Assembly: GCA_964016885.1 (NCBI GenBank)
Contig: OZ024746.1
Coordinates: 32,674,001-32,738,000, forward strand
Direction of reading: 5' to 3'
Length of the DNA stretch: 64,000 nt
DNA from: Eledone cirrhosa
Taxonomy: Eukaryota
Position 1 is the stretch's first letter; each line of letters begins with the position of its first letter. The notes beneath the pieces are model-generated. The model did not search any database. It was not told the DNA's origin and saw nothing but the letters and a program-made list of their open reading frames with translations. Positions 43,901 through 59,300 of the stretch are shown here, piece after piece. A program made the position numbers and the translations under genes.

Positions 43901-46900
43901 CCACCCATACATTCCAACCTACAACACCCAACCAAACAGTACACCCCTACATTCCAACCTACAACACCCAACCAAACAGTCCACCCCTACATTCCAACCT
44001 ACAACACCCATCCAAACAGTCCACCCCTACATTCCAACCTACAACACCCATCCAAACAGTCCACCCCTACATTCCAACCTACAACACCCAACCAAACAGT
44101 ACACCCCTACATTCCAACCTACAACACCCATCCAAACAGTCCACCCCTACATTCCAACCTACAACACCCATCCAAACAGTCCACCCCTACATTCCAACCT
44201 ACAACACCCATCCAAACAGTACACCCCTACATTCCAACCTACAACACCCAACCAAACAGTACACACCTACATTCCAACCTACAACACCCATCCAAACAGT
44301 CCACCCCTACATTCCAACCTACAACACCCATCCAAACAGTCCACCCCTACATTCCAACCTACAACACCCATCCAAACAGTCCACCCCTACATTCCAACCT
44401 ACAACACCCAACCAAACAGTACACCCCTACATTCCAACCTACAACACCCAACCAAACAGTACACCCCTACATTCCAACCTACAACACCCAACCAAACAGT
44501 ACAACCCTACATTCCAACCTACAACACCCATCCAAACAGTCCACCCCTACATTCCAACCTACAACACCCATCCAAACAGTACACCCCTACATTCCAACCT
44601 ACAACACCCAACCAAACAGTCCACCCCTACATTCCAACCTACAACACCCATCCAAACAGTCCACCCCTACATTCCAACCTACAACACCCATCCAAACAGT
44701 CCACCCCTACATTCCAACCTACAACACCCATCCAAACAGTACACCCCTGCATTCCAACCTACAACACCCAACCAAACAGTCCACCCCTACATTCCAACCT
44801 ACAACACCCATCGAAACAGTACACCCCTACATTCCAACCTACAACACCCATCCAAACAGACCACCCCTACATTCCAACCTACAACACCCATCCAAACAGT
44901 CCACCCCTACATTCCAACCTACAACACCCATCCAAACAGTCCACCCCTACATTCCAACCTACAACACCCATCCAAACAGTCCACCCCTACATTCCAACCT
45001 ACACCACCCATCCAAACAGACCACCCCTACATTCCAACCTACAACACCCAACCAAACAGTCCACCCCTACATTCCAACCTACAACACCCATCCAAACAGA
45101 CCACCCCTACATTCCAACCTACAACACCCATCCAAACAGTCCACCCCTACATTCCAACCTACAACACCCATCCAAACAGACCACCCCTACATTCCAACCT
45201 ACAACACCCATCCAAACAGTCCACCCCTACATTCCAACCTACAACACCCATCCAAACAGTACACCCCTACATTCCAACCTACAACACCCATCCAAACAGT
45301 ACACCCCTACATTCCAACCTACAACACCCAACCAAACAGTACACCCCTACATTCCAACCTACAACACCCATCCAAACAGTACACTCCTACATTCCAACCT
45401 ACACCACCCATCCAAACAGTCCACCCCTACATTCCAACCTACAACACCCAACCAAACGGTACACCCCCTACATTCCAACCTACAACACCCATCCAAACAG
45501 TACACCCCTACATTCCAACCTACAACACCCATCCAAACAGTACACCCCTACATTCCAACCTACAACACCCAACCAAACAGTACACCCCTACATTCCAACC
45601 TACAACACCCAACCAAACAGTACACCCCCTACATTCCAACCTACAACACCCATCCAAACAGTCCACCCCTACATTCCAACCTACAACACCCATCCAAACA
45701 GTACACCCCTACATTCCAACCTACAACACCCAACCAAAGAGGTACACCCCTACATTCCAACCTACAACACCCAACCAAACAGTACACCCCCTACATTCCA
45801 ACCTACAACACCCATCCAAACAGTACACCCCTACATTCCAACCTACAACACCCAACCAAACAGTACACCCCTACATTCCAACCTACAACACCCAACCAAA
45901 CAGTACACCCCTACATTCCAACCTACAACACCCAACCAAACAGTACACCCCTACATTCCAACCTACAACACCCATCCAAACAGTACACTCCTACATTCCA
46001 ACCTACAACACCCATCCAAACAGTACACCCCTACATTCCAACCTACAACACCCATCCAAACAGTACACTCCTACATTCCAACCTACATCACCCAACCAAA
46101 CAGTACACCCCCTACATTCCAACCTACAACACCCATCCAAACAGTACACCCCTACATTCCAACCTACACCACCCATCCAAACAGTCCACCCCTACATTCC
46201 AACCTACAACACCCATCCAAACAGACCACCCCTACATTCCAACCTACAACACCCATCCAAACAGTACACCCCTACATTCCAACCTACAACACCCATCCAA
46301 ACAGTACACCCCTACATTCCAACCTACACCACCCATCCAAACAGTCCACCCCTACATTCCAACCTACAACACCCATCCAAACAGTACACCCCTACATTCC
46401 AACCTACAACACCCATCCAAACAGTCCACCCCTACATTCCAACCTACAACACCCATCCAAACAGTCCACCCCTACATACCAACCTACACCACCCATCCAA
46501 ACAGTCCACCCCTACATTCCAACCTACAACACCCATCCAAACAGACCACCCCTACATTCCAACCTACAACACCCAACCAAACAGTACACCCCTACATTCC
46601 AACCTACAACACCCATCCAAACAGTACACCCCTACATTCCAACCTACAACACCCATCCAAACAGACCACCCCTACATTCCAACCTACAACACCCATCCAA
46701 ACAGTAAACTCCTACATTCCAACCTACAACACCCATCCAAACAGTAAACTCCTACATTCCAACCTACAACACCCATCCAAACAGTACACCCCTACATTCC
46801 AACCTATAACACCCATCCAAACAGACCAGCCCTACATTCCAACCTACAACACCCATCCAAACAGTAAACTCCTACATTCCAACCTACAACACCCATCCAA

Positions 46901-47560
46901 ACAGTACACCCCTACATTCCAACCTACAACACCCATCCAAACAGTCCACCCCTACATTCCAACCTACAACACCCAACCAAACAGTACACCCCTACATTCC
47001 AACCTACAACACCCAACCAAACAGTACACCCCTACATTCCAACCTACAACACCCAACCAAACAGTACATCCCTACATTCCAACCTACAACACCCAACCAA
47101 ACAGTACACCCCTACATTCCAACCTACAACACCCATCCAAACAGACCACCCCTACATTCCAACCTAAAACACCCAACCAAACAGTACACCCCTACATTCC
47201 AACCTACAACACCCATCCAAACAGTACACCCCTACATTCCAACCTACAACACCCATCCAAACAGACCACCCCTACATTCCAACCTACAACACCCATCCAA
47301 ACAGTAAACTCCTACATTCCAACCTACAACACCCATCCAAACAGTACACCCCTACATTCCAACCTACAACACCCATCCAAACAGTCCACCCCTACATTCC
47401 AACCTACAACACCCAACCAAACAGTACACCCCTACATTCCAACCTACAACACCCAACCAAACAGTACACCCCTACATTCCAACCTACAACACCCATCCAA
47501 ACAGTACACTCCTACATTCCAACCTACACCACCCAACCAAACAGTACACCCCCTACATTC

Positions 47561-50300
47561 CAACCTACAACACCCATCCAAACAGTCCACCCCTACATTC
47601 CAACCTACAACACCCATCCAAACAGTCCACCCCTACATTCCAACCTACAACACCCAACCAAACAGTACACCCCTACATTCCAACCTACAACACCCATCCA
47701 AACAGTACACTCCTACATTCCAACCTACACCACCCAACCAAACAGTACACCCCTACATTCCAACCTACAACACCCATCCAAACAGTACACTCCTACATTC
47801 CAACCTACAACACCCATCCAAACAGTCCACCCCTACATTCCAACCTACAACACCCATCCAAACAGTACACCCCTACATTCCAACCTACAACACCCATCCA
47901 AACAGTCCACCCCTACATTCCAACCTACAACACCCATCCAAACAGTCCACCCCTACATTCCAACCTACAACACCCAACCAAACAGTACACCCCTACATTC
48001 CAACCTACAACACCCATCCAAACAGTCCACCCCTACATTCCAACCTACAACACCCATCCAAACAGTCCACCCCTACATTCCAACCTACAACACCCATCCA
48101 AACAGTACACTCCTACATTCCAACCTACAACACCCATCCAAACAGTCCACCCCTACATTCCAACCTACAACACCCATCCAAACAGTCCACCCCTACATTC
48201 CAACCTACACCACCCAACCAAACAGTACACCCCTACATTCCAACCTACAACACCCATCCAAACAGTCCACCCCTACATTCCAACCTACAACACCCATCCA
48301 AACAGTCCACCCCTACATTCCAACCTACAACACCCAACCAAACAGTACACCCCTACATTCCAACCTACAACACCCATCCAAACAGTCCACCCCTACATTC
48401 CAACCTACAACACCCATCCAAACAGTACACTCCTACATTCCAACCTACAACACCCATCCAAACAGTACACTCCTACATTCCAACCTACAACACCCATCCA
48501 AACAGTCCACCCCTACATTCCAACCTACAACACCCATCCAAACAGTCCACCCCTACATTCCAACCTACACCACCCAACCAAACAGTACACCCCTACATTC
48601 CAACCTACAACACCCATCCAAACAGTCCACCCCTACATTCCAACCTACAACACCCATCCAAACAGTCCACCCCTACATTCCAACCTACAACACCCAACCA
48701 AACAGTACACCCCTACATTCCAACCTACAACACCCATCCAAACAGTACACTCCTACATTCCAACCTACACCACCCAACCAAACAGTACACCCCTACATTC
48801 CAACCTACAACACCCATCCAAACAGTACACTCCTACATTCCAACCTACAACACCCATCCAAACAGTCCACCCCTACATTCCAACCTACAACACCCATCCA
48901 AACAGTACACCCCTACATTCCAACCTACAACACCCATCCAAACAGTCCACCCCTACATTCCAACCTACAACACCCATCCAAACAGTCCACCCCTACATTC
49001 CAACCTACAACACCCAACCAAACAGTACACCCCTACATTCCAACCTACAACACCCATCCAAACAGTCCACCCCTACATTCCAACCTACAACACCCATCCA
49101 AACAGTCCACCCCTACATTCCAACCTACAACACCCATCCAAACAGTACACTCCTACATTCCAACCTACAACACCCATCCAAACAGTCCACCCCTACATTC
49201 CAACCTACAACACCCATCCAAACAGTCCACCCCTACATTCCAACCTACACCACCCAACCAAACAGTACACCCCTACATTCCAACCTACAACACCCATCCA
49301 AACAGTCCACCCCTACATTCCAACCTACAACACCCATCCAAACAGTCCACCCCTACATTCCAACCTACAACACCCATCCAAACAGTACACTCCTACATTC
49401 CAACCTACAACACCCATCCAAACAGTCCACCCCTACATTCCAACCTACAACACCCATCCAAACAGTCCACCCCTACATTCCAACCTACACCACCCAACCA
49501 AACAGTACACCCCTACATTCCAACCTACAACACCCATCCAAACAGTCCACCCCTACATTCCAACCTACAACACCCATCCAAACAGTCCACCCCTACATTC
49601 CAACCTACAACACCCAACCAAACAGTACACCCCTACATTCCAACCTACAACACCCATCCAAACAGTACACTCCTACATTCCAACCTACACCACCCAACCA
49701 AACAGTACACCCCTACATTCCAACCTACAACACCCATCCAAACAGTACACTCCTACATTCCAACCTACAACACCCATCCAAACAGTCCACCCCTACATTC
49801 CAACCTACAACACCCATCCAAACAGTACACCCCTACATTCCAACCTACAACACCCATCCAAACAGTCCACCCCTACATTCCAACCTACAACACCCATCCA
49901 AACAGTCCACCCCTACATTCCAACCTACAACACCCAACCAAACAGTACACCCCTACATTCCAACCTACAACACCCATCCAAACAGTCCACCCCTACATTC
50001 CAACCTACAACACCCATCCAAACAGTCCACCCCTACATTCCAACCTACAACACCCATCCAAACAGTACACTCCTACATTCCAACCTACAACACCCATCCA
50101 AACAGTCCACCCCTACATTCCAACCTACAACACCCATCCAAACAGTCCACCCCTACATTCCAACCTACACCACCCAACCAAACAGTACACCCCTACATTC
50201 CAACCTACAACACCCATCCAAACAGTCCACCCCTACATTCCAACCTACAACACCCATCCAAACAGTCCACCCCTACATTCCAACCTACAACACCCATCCA
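47561..50300. repeat. Three tandem copies of a ~0.9-1.0 kb higher-order unit
   Basis: The same ordered string of ~19 monomer types restarts at about 47581, 48621 and 49541 (offsets 1040 and 920 bp). I saw no singleton variants within the three copies. Confidence 0.8.
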
Positions 50301-53300
50301 AACAGTTCACCCCTACATTCCAACCTACAACACCCATCCAAACAGTCCACCCCTACATTCCAACCTACAACACCCAACCAAACAGTACACCCCTACATTC
50401 CAACCTACAACACCCATCCAAACAGTCCACCCCTACATTCCAACCTACAACACCCATCCAAACAGTCCACCCCTACATTCCAACCTACACCACCCAACCG
50501 AACAGTACACCCCTACATTCCAACCTACAACACCCATCCAAACAGTACACCCCTACATTCCAACCTACAACACCCAACCAAACAGTACACCCCTACATTC
50601 CAACCTACAACACCCATCCAAACAGTACACCCCTACATTCCAACCTACAACACCCATCCAAACAGACCACCCCTACATTCCAACCTACAGCACCCATCCA
50701 AACAGTACACCCCTACATTCCAACCTACAACACCTAACCAAACAGTACACCCCTACATTCCAACCTACAACACCCATCCAAACAGTACACCCCTACATTC
50801 CAACCTACAACACCCATCCAAACAGACCACCCCTACATTCCAACCTACAACACCCATCCAAACAGTCCACCCCTACATTCCAACCTACAACACCCATCCA
50901 AACAGTCCACCCCTACATTCCAACCTACACCACCCATCCAAACAGTCCACCCCTACATTCCAACCTACAACACCCATCCAAACAGACCACCCCTACATTC
51001 CAACCTACAACACCCATCCAAACAGACCACCCCTACATTCCAACCTACAACAGTCAACCAAACAGTACACCCCTACATTCCAACCTACAACACCCATCCA
51101 AACAGTACACCCCTACATACCAACCTACAACACCCATCCAAACAGACCACCCCTACATTCCAACCTACAACACCCATCCAAACAGACCACCCCTACATTC
51201 CAACCTACAACACCCAACCAAACAGTACACCCCTACATTCCAACCTACAACACCCATCCAAACAGTACACCCCTACATTCCAACCTACAACACCCAACCA
51301 AACAGTACACCCCTACATTCCAACCTACAACACCCATCCAAACAGTACACCCCTACATTCCAACCTACAACACCCATCCAAACAGACCACCCCTACATTC
51401 CAACCTACAACACCCATCCAAACAGACCACCCCTACATTCCAACCTACAACACCCAACCAAACAGTACACCCCTACATTCCAACCTACAACACCCATCCA
51501 AACAGTACACCCCTACATTCCAACCTACAACACCCAACCAAACAGTACACCCCTACATTCCAACCTACAACACCCATCCAAACAGTACACCCCTACATTC
51601 CAACCTACAACACCCATCCAAACAGACCACCCCTACATTCCAACCTACAACACCCATCCAAACAGTCCACCCCTACATTCCAACCTACAACACCCATCCA
51701 AACAGTCCACCCCTACATTCCAACCTACACCACCCATCCAAACAGTCCACCCCTACATTCCAACCTACAACACCCATCCAAACAGACCACCCCTACATTC
51801 CAACCTACAACACCCATCCAAACAGACCACCCCTACATTCCAACCTACAACACCCAACCAAACAGTACACCCCTACATTCCAACCTACAACACCCATCCA
51901 AACAGTACACCCCTACATTCCAACCTACAACACCCATCCAAACAGACCACCCCTACATTCCAACCTACAACACCCATCCAAACAGACCACCCCTACATTC
52001 CAACCTACAACACCCAACCAAACAGTACACCCCTACATTCCAACCTACAACACCCATCCAAACAGTACACCCCTACATTCCAACCTACAACACCCATCCA
52101 AACAGACCACCCCTACATTCCAACCTACAACACCCATCCAAACAGTCCACCCCTACATTCCAACCTACAACACCCATCCAAACAGTCCACCCCTACATTC
52201 CAACCTACACCACCCATCCAAACAGTCCACCCCTACATTCCAACCTACAACACCCATCCAAACAGACCACCCCTACATTCCAACCTACAACACCTATCCA
52301 AACAGACCACCCCTACATTCCAACCTACAACACCCAACCAAACAGTACACCCCTACATTCCAACCTACAACACCCATCCAAACAGTACACCCCTACATTC
52401 CAACCTACAACACCCATCCAAACAGACCACCCCTACATTCCAACCTACAACACACATCCAAACAGTCCACCCCTACATTCCAACCTACAACACCCATCCA
52501 AACAGACCACCCCTACATTCCAACCTACAACACCCATCCAAACAGTCCACCCCTACATTCCAACCTACAACACCCATCCAAAAAGACCACCCCTACATTC
52601 CAACCTACAACACCCATCCAAACAGTACACTCCTACATTCCAACCTACAACACCCAACCAAACAGTACACCCCTACATTCCAACCTACAACACCCATCCA
52701 AACAGTACACCCCTACATACCAACCTACAACACCCATCCAAACAGTACACCCCTACATTCCAACCTACAACACCCATCCAAACAGACCACCCCTACATTC
52801 CAACCTACAACACCCAACCAAACAGTACACCCCTACATTCCAACCTACAACACCCATCCAAACAGTACACCCCTACATTCCAACCTACAACACCCATCCA
52901 AACAGACCACCCCTACATTCCAACCTACAACACCCATCCAAACAGTCCACCCCTACATTCCAACCTACAACACCCATCCAAACAGTCCACCCCTACATTC
53001 CAACCTACACCACCCATCCAAACAGTCCACCCCTACATTCCAACCTACAACACCCATCCAAACAGACCACCCCTACATTCCAACCTACAACACCCATCCA
53101 AACAGACCACCCCTACATTCCAACCTACAACACCCAACCAAACAGTACACCCCTACATTCCAACCTACAACACCCATCCAAACAGTACACCCCTACATTC
53201 CAACCTACAACACCCATCCAAACAGACCACCCCTACATTCCAACCTACAACACCCATCCAAACAGACCACCCCTACATTCCAACCTACAACACCCAACCA

Positions 53301-56300
53301 AACAGTACACCCCTACATTCCAACCTACAACACCCATCCAAACAGTACACCCCTACATTCCAACCTACAACACCCATCCAAACAGACCACCCCTACATTC
53401 CAACCTACAACACCCATCCAAACAGTCCACCCCTACATTCCAACCTACAACACCCATCCAAACAGTCCACCCCTACATTCCAACCTACACCACCCATCCA
53501 AACAGTCCACCCCTACATTCCAACCTACACCACCCATCCAAACAGTCCACCCCTACATTCCAACCTACAACACCCATCCAAACAGACCACCCCTACATTC
53601 CAACCTACAACACCCATCCAAACAGACCACCCCTACATTCCAACCTACAACACCCAACCAAACAGTACACCCCTACATTCCAACCTACAACACCCATCCA
53701 AACAGTACACCCCTACATTCCAACCTACAACACCCATCCAAACAGACCACCCCTACATTCCAACCTACACCACCCATCCAAACAGTCCACCCCTACATTC
53801 CAACCTACAACACCCATCCAAACAGACCACCCCTACATTCCAACCTACAACACCCATCCAAACAGACCACCCCTACATTCCAACCTACAACACCCAACCA
53901 AACAGTACACCCCTACATTCCAACCTACAACACCCATCCAAACAGACCACCCCTACATTCCAACCTACAAGACCCATCCAAACAGTACACCCCTACATTC
54001 CAACCTACAACACCCATCCAAACAGTACACCCCTACATTCCAACCTACAACACCCATCCAAACAGTCCACCCCTACATTCCAACCTACACCACCCATCCA
54101 AACAGTCCACCCCTACATTCCAACCTACAACACCCATCCAAACAGACCACCCCTACATTCCAACCTACAACACCCATCCAAACAGTAAACTCCTACATTC
54201 CAACCTACAACACCCATCCAAACAGTACACCCCTACATTCCAACCTACAACACCCATCCAAACAGTCCACCCCTACATTCCAACCTACAACACCCAACCA
54301 AACAGTACACCCCTACATTCCAACCTACAACACCCATCCAAACAGTACACTCCTACATTCCAACCTACACCACCCAACCAAACAGTACACCCCTACATTC
54401 CAACCTACAACACCCATCCAAACAGTCCACCCCTACATTCCAACCTACAACACCCATCCATACAGTACACCCCTACATTCCAACCTACACCACCCAACCA
54501 AACAGTACACCCCTACATTCCAACCTACAACACCCATCCAAACAGTACACTCCTACATTCCAACCTACACCACCCAACCAAACAGTACACCCCTACATTC
54601 CAACCTACAACACCCATCCAAACAGTACACCCCTACATTCCAACCTACAACACCCATCCAAACAGACCACCCCTACATTCCACCCTACAACACCCATCCA
54701 AACAGTCCACCCCTACATTCCAACCTACAACACCCATCCAAACAGTCCACCCCTACATTCCAACCTACACCACCCATCCAAACAGTCCACCCCTACATTC
54801 CAACCTACAACACCCATCCAAACAGACCACCCCTACATTCCAACCTACAACACCTATCCAAACAGACCACCCCTACATTCCAACCTACAACACCCAACCA
54901 AACAGTACACCCCTACATTCCAACCTACAACACCCATCCAAACAGTACACCCCTACATTCCAACCTACAACACCCATCCAAACAGACCACCCCTACATTC
55001 CAACCTACAACACCCATCCAAACAGTCCACCCCTACATTCCAACCTACAACACCCATCCAAACAGTACACCCCTACATTCCAACCTACAACACCCATCCA
55101 AACAGACCACCCCTACATTCCAACCTACAACACACATCCAAACAGTCCACCCCTACATTCCAACCTACAACACCCATCCAAACAGACCACCCCTACATTC
55201 CAACCTACAACACCCATCCAAACAGTCCACCCCTACATTCCAACCTACAACACCCATCCAAAAAGACCACCCCTACATTCCAACCTACAACACCCATCCA
55301 AACAGACCACCCCTACATTCCAACCTACAACACCCATCCAAACAGACCACCCCTACATTCCAACCTACAACACCCAACCAAACAGTACACCCCTACATTC
55401 CAACCTACAACACCCATCCAAACAGTACACCCCTACATTCCAACCTACAACACCCATCCAAACAGACCACCCCTACATTCCAACCTACAACACCCATCCA
55501 AACAGTCCACCCCTACATTCCAACCTACAACACCCATCCAAACAGTCCACCCCTACATTCCAACCTACACCACCCATCCAAACAGTCCACCCCTACATTC
55601 CAACCTACAACACCCATCCAAACAGACCACCCCTACATTCCAACCTACAACACCCATCCAAACAGACCACCCCTACATTCCAACCTACAACACCCAACCA
55701 AACAGTACACCCCTACATTCCAACCTACAACACCCATCCAAACAGTACACCCCTACATTCCAACCTACAACACCCATCCAAACAGACCACCCCTACATTC
55801 CAACCTACACCACCCATCCAAACAGTCCACCCCTACATTCCAACCTACAACACCCATCCAAACAGACCACCCCTACATTCCAACCTACAACACCCAACCA
55901 AACAGTACACCCCTACATTCCAACCTACAACACCCATCCAAACAGACCACCCCTACATTCAAACCTACAACACCCATCCAAACAGTACACCCCTACATTC
56001 CAACCTACAACACCCATCCAAACAGTACACCCCTACATTCCAACCTACAACACCCATCCAAACAGTCCACCCCTACATTCCAACCTACACCACCCATCCA
56101 AACAGTCCACCCCTACATTCCAACCTACAACACCCATCCAAACAGACCACCCCTACATTCCAACCTACAACACCCATCCAAACAGTAAACTCCTACATTC
56201 CAACCTACAACACCCATCCAAACAGTACACCCCTACATTCCAACCTACAACACCCATCCAAACAGTCCACCCCTACATTCCAACCTACAACACCCAACCA

Positions 56301-59300
56301 AACAGTACACCCCTACATTCCAACCTACAACACCCATCCAAACAGTACACTCCTACATTCCAACCTACACCACCCAACCAAACAGTACACCCCTACATTC
56401 CAACCTACAACACCCATCCAAACAGTCCACCCCTACATTCCAACCTACAACACCCATCCATACAGTACACCCCTACATTCCAACCTACACCACCCAACCA
56501 AACAGTACACCCCTACATTCCAACCTACAACACCCATCCAAACAGTACACTCCTACATTCCAACCTACACCACCCAACCAAACAGTACACCCCTACATTC
56601 CAACCTACAACACCCATCCAAACAGTCCACCCCTACATTCCAACCTACAACACCCATCCAAACAGTCCACCCCTACATTCCAACCTACACCACCCAACCA
56701 AACAGTACACCCCTACATTCCAACCTACAACACCCATCCAAACAGTACACCCCTACATTCCAACCTACAACACCCATCCAAACAGTACACCCCTACATTC
56801 CAACCTACAACACCCAACCAAACAGTCCACCCCTACATTCCAACCTACAACACCCATCCAAACAGTACACCCATACATTCCAACCTACAACACCCATCCA
56901 AACAGTCCACCCCTACATTCCAACCTACAACACCCAACCAAACAGTACACCCCTACATTCCAACCTACAACACCCATCCAAACAGTACACTCCTACATTC
57001 CAACCTACACCACCCAACCAAACAGTACAACCCTACATTCCAACCTACAACACCCATCCAAACAGTCCACCCCTACATTCCAACCTACAACACCCATCCA
57101 AAGAGTCCACCCCTACATTCCAACCTACACCACCCAACCAAACAGTACACCCCTACATTCCAACCTACAACACCCATCCAAACAGTCCACCCCTACATTC
57201 CAACCTACAACACCCATCCAAACAGTCCACCCCTACATTCCAACCTACAACACCCATCCAAACAGTACACTCCTACATTCCAACCTACAACACCCATCCA
57301 AACAGTCCACCCCTACATTCCAACCTACACCACCCAACCAAACAGTACACCCCTACATTCCAACCTACAACACCCATCCAAACAGTCCACCCCTACATTC
57401 CAACCTACAACACCCATCCAAACAGTCCACCCCTACATTCCAACCTACAACACCCATCCAAACAGTTCACCCCTACATTCCAACCTACAACACCCATCCA
57501 AACAGTCCACCCCTACATTCCAACCTACAACACCCATCCAAACAGTCCACCCCTACATTCCAACCTACAACACCCATCCAAACAGTCCACCCCTACATTC
57601 CAACCTACAACACCCATCCAAACAGTCCACCCCTACATTCCAACCTACAACACCCATCCAAACAGTTCACCCCTACATTCCAACCTACAACACCCATCCA
57701 AACAGTCCACCCCTACATTCCAACCTACAACACCCATCCAAACAGTCCACCCCTACATTCCAACCTACAACACCCATCCAAACAGTCCACCCCTACATTC
57801 CAACCTACACCACCCATCCAAACAGTCCACCCCTACATTCCAACCTACAACACCCATCCAAACAGACCACCCCTACATTCCAACCAACAACACCCATCCA
57901 AACAGACCACCCCTACATTCCAACCTACAACACCCAACCAAACAGTACACCCCTACATTCCAACCTACAACACCCATCCAAACAGTACACCCCTACATTC
58001 CAACCTACAACACCCATCCAAACAGACCACCCCTACATTCCAACCTACACCACCCATCCAAACAGTCCACCCCTACATTCCAACCTACAACACCCATCCA
58101 AACAGACCACCCCTACATTCCAACCTACAACACCCAACCAAACAGTACACCCCTACATTCCAACCTACAACACCCATCCAAACAGACCACCCCTACATTC
58201 AAACCTACAACACCCATCCAAACAGTACACCCCTACATTCCAACCTACAACACCCATCCAAACAGTACACCCCTACATTCCAACCTACAACACCCATCCA
58301 AACAGTCCACCCCTACATTCCAACCTACACCACCCATCCAAACAGTCCACCCCTACATTCCAACCTACAACACCCATCCAAACAGACCACCCCTACATTC
58401 CAACCTACAACACCCATCCAAACAGTAAACTCCTACATTCCAACCTACAACACCCATCCAAACAGTACACCCCTACATTCCAACCTACAACACCCATCCA
58501 AACAGTCCACCCCTACATTCCAACCTACAACACCCAACCAAACAGTACACCCCTACATTCCAACCTACAACACCCATCCAAACAGTACACTCCTACATTC
58601 CAACCTACACCACCCAACCAAACAGTACACCCCTACATTCCAACCTACAACACCCATCCAAACAGTCCACCCCTACATTCCAACCTACAACACCCATCCA
58701 TACAGTACACCCCTACATTCCAACCTACACCACCCAACCAAACAGTACACCCCTACATTCCAACCTACAACACCCATCCAAACAGTACACTCCTACATTC
58801 CAACCTACACCACCCAACCAAACAGTACACCCCTACATTCCAACCTACAACACCCATCCAAACAGTCCACCCCTACATTCCAACCTACAACACCCATCCA
58901 AACAGTCCACCCCTACATTCCAACCTACACCACCCAACCAAACAGTACACCCCTACATTCCAACCTACAACACCCATCCAAACAGTACACCCCTACATTC
59001 CAACCTACAACACCCATCCAAACAGTACACCCCTACATTCCAACCTACAACACCCAACCAAACAGTCCACCCCTACATTCCAACCTACACCACCCAACCA
59101 AACAGTACACCCCTACATTCCAACCTACAACACCCATCCAAACAGTACACCCATACATTCCAACCTACAACACCCATCCAAACAGTCCACCCCTACATTC
59201 CAACCTACAACACCCAACCAAACAGTACACCCCTACATTCCAACCTACAACACCCATCCAAACAGTACACTCCTACATTCCAACCTACACCACCCAACCA

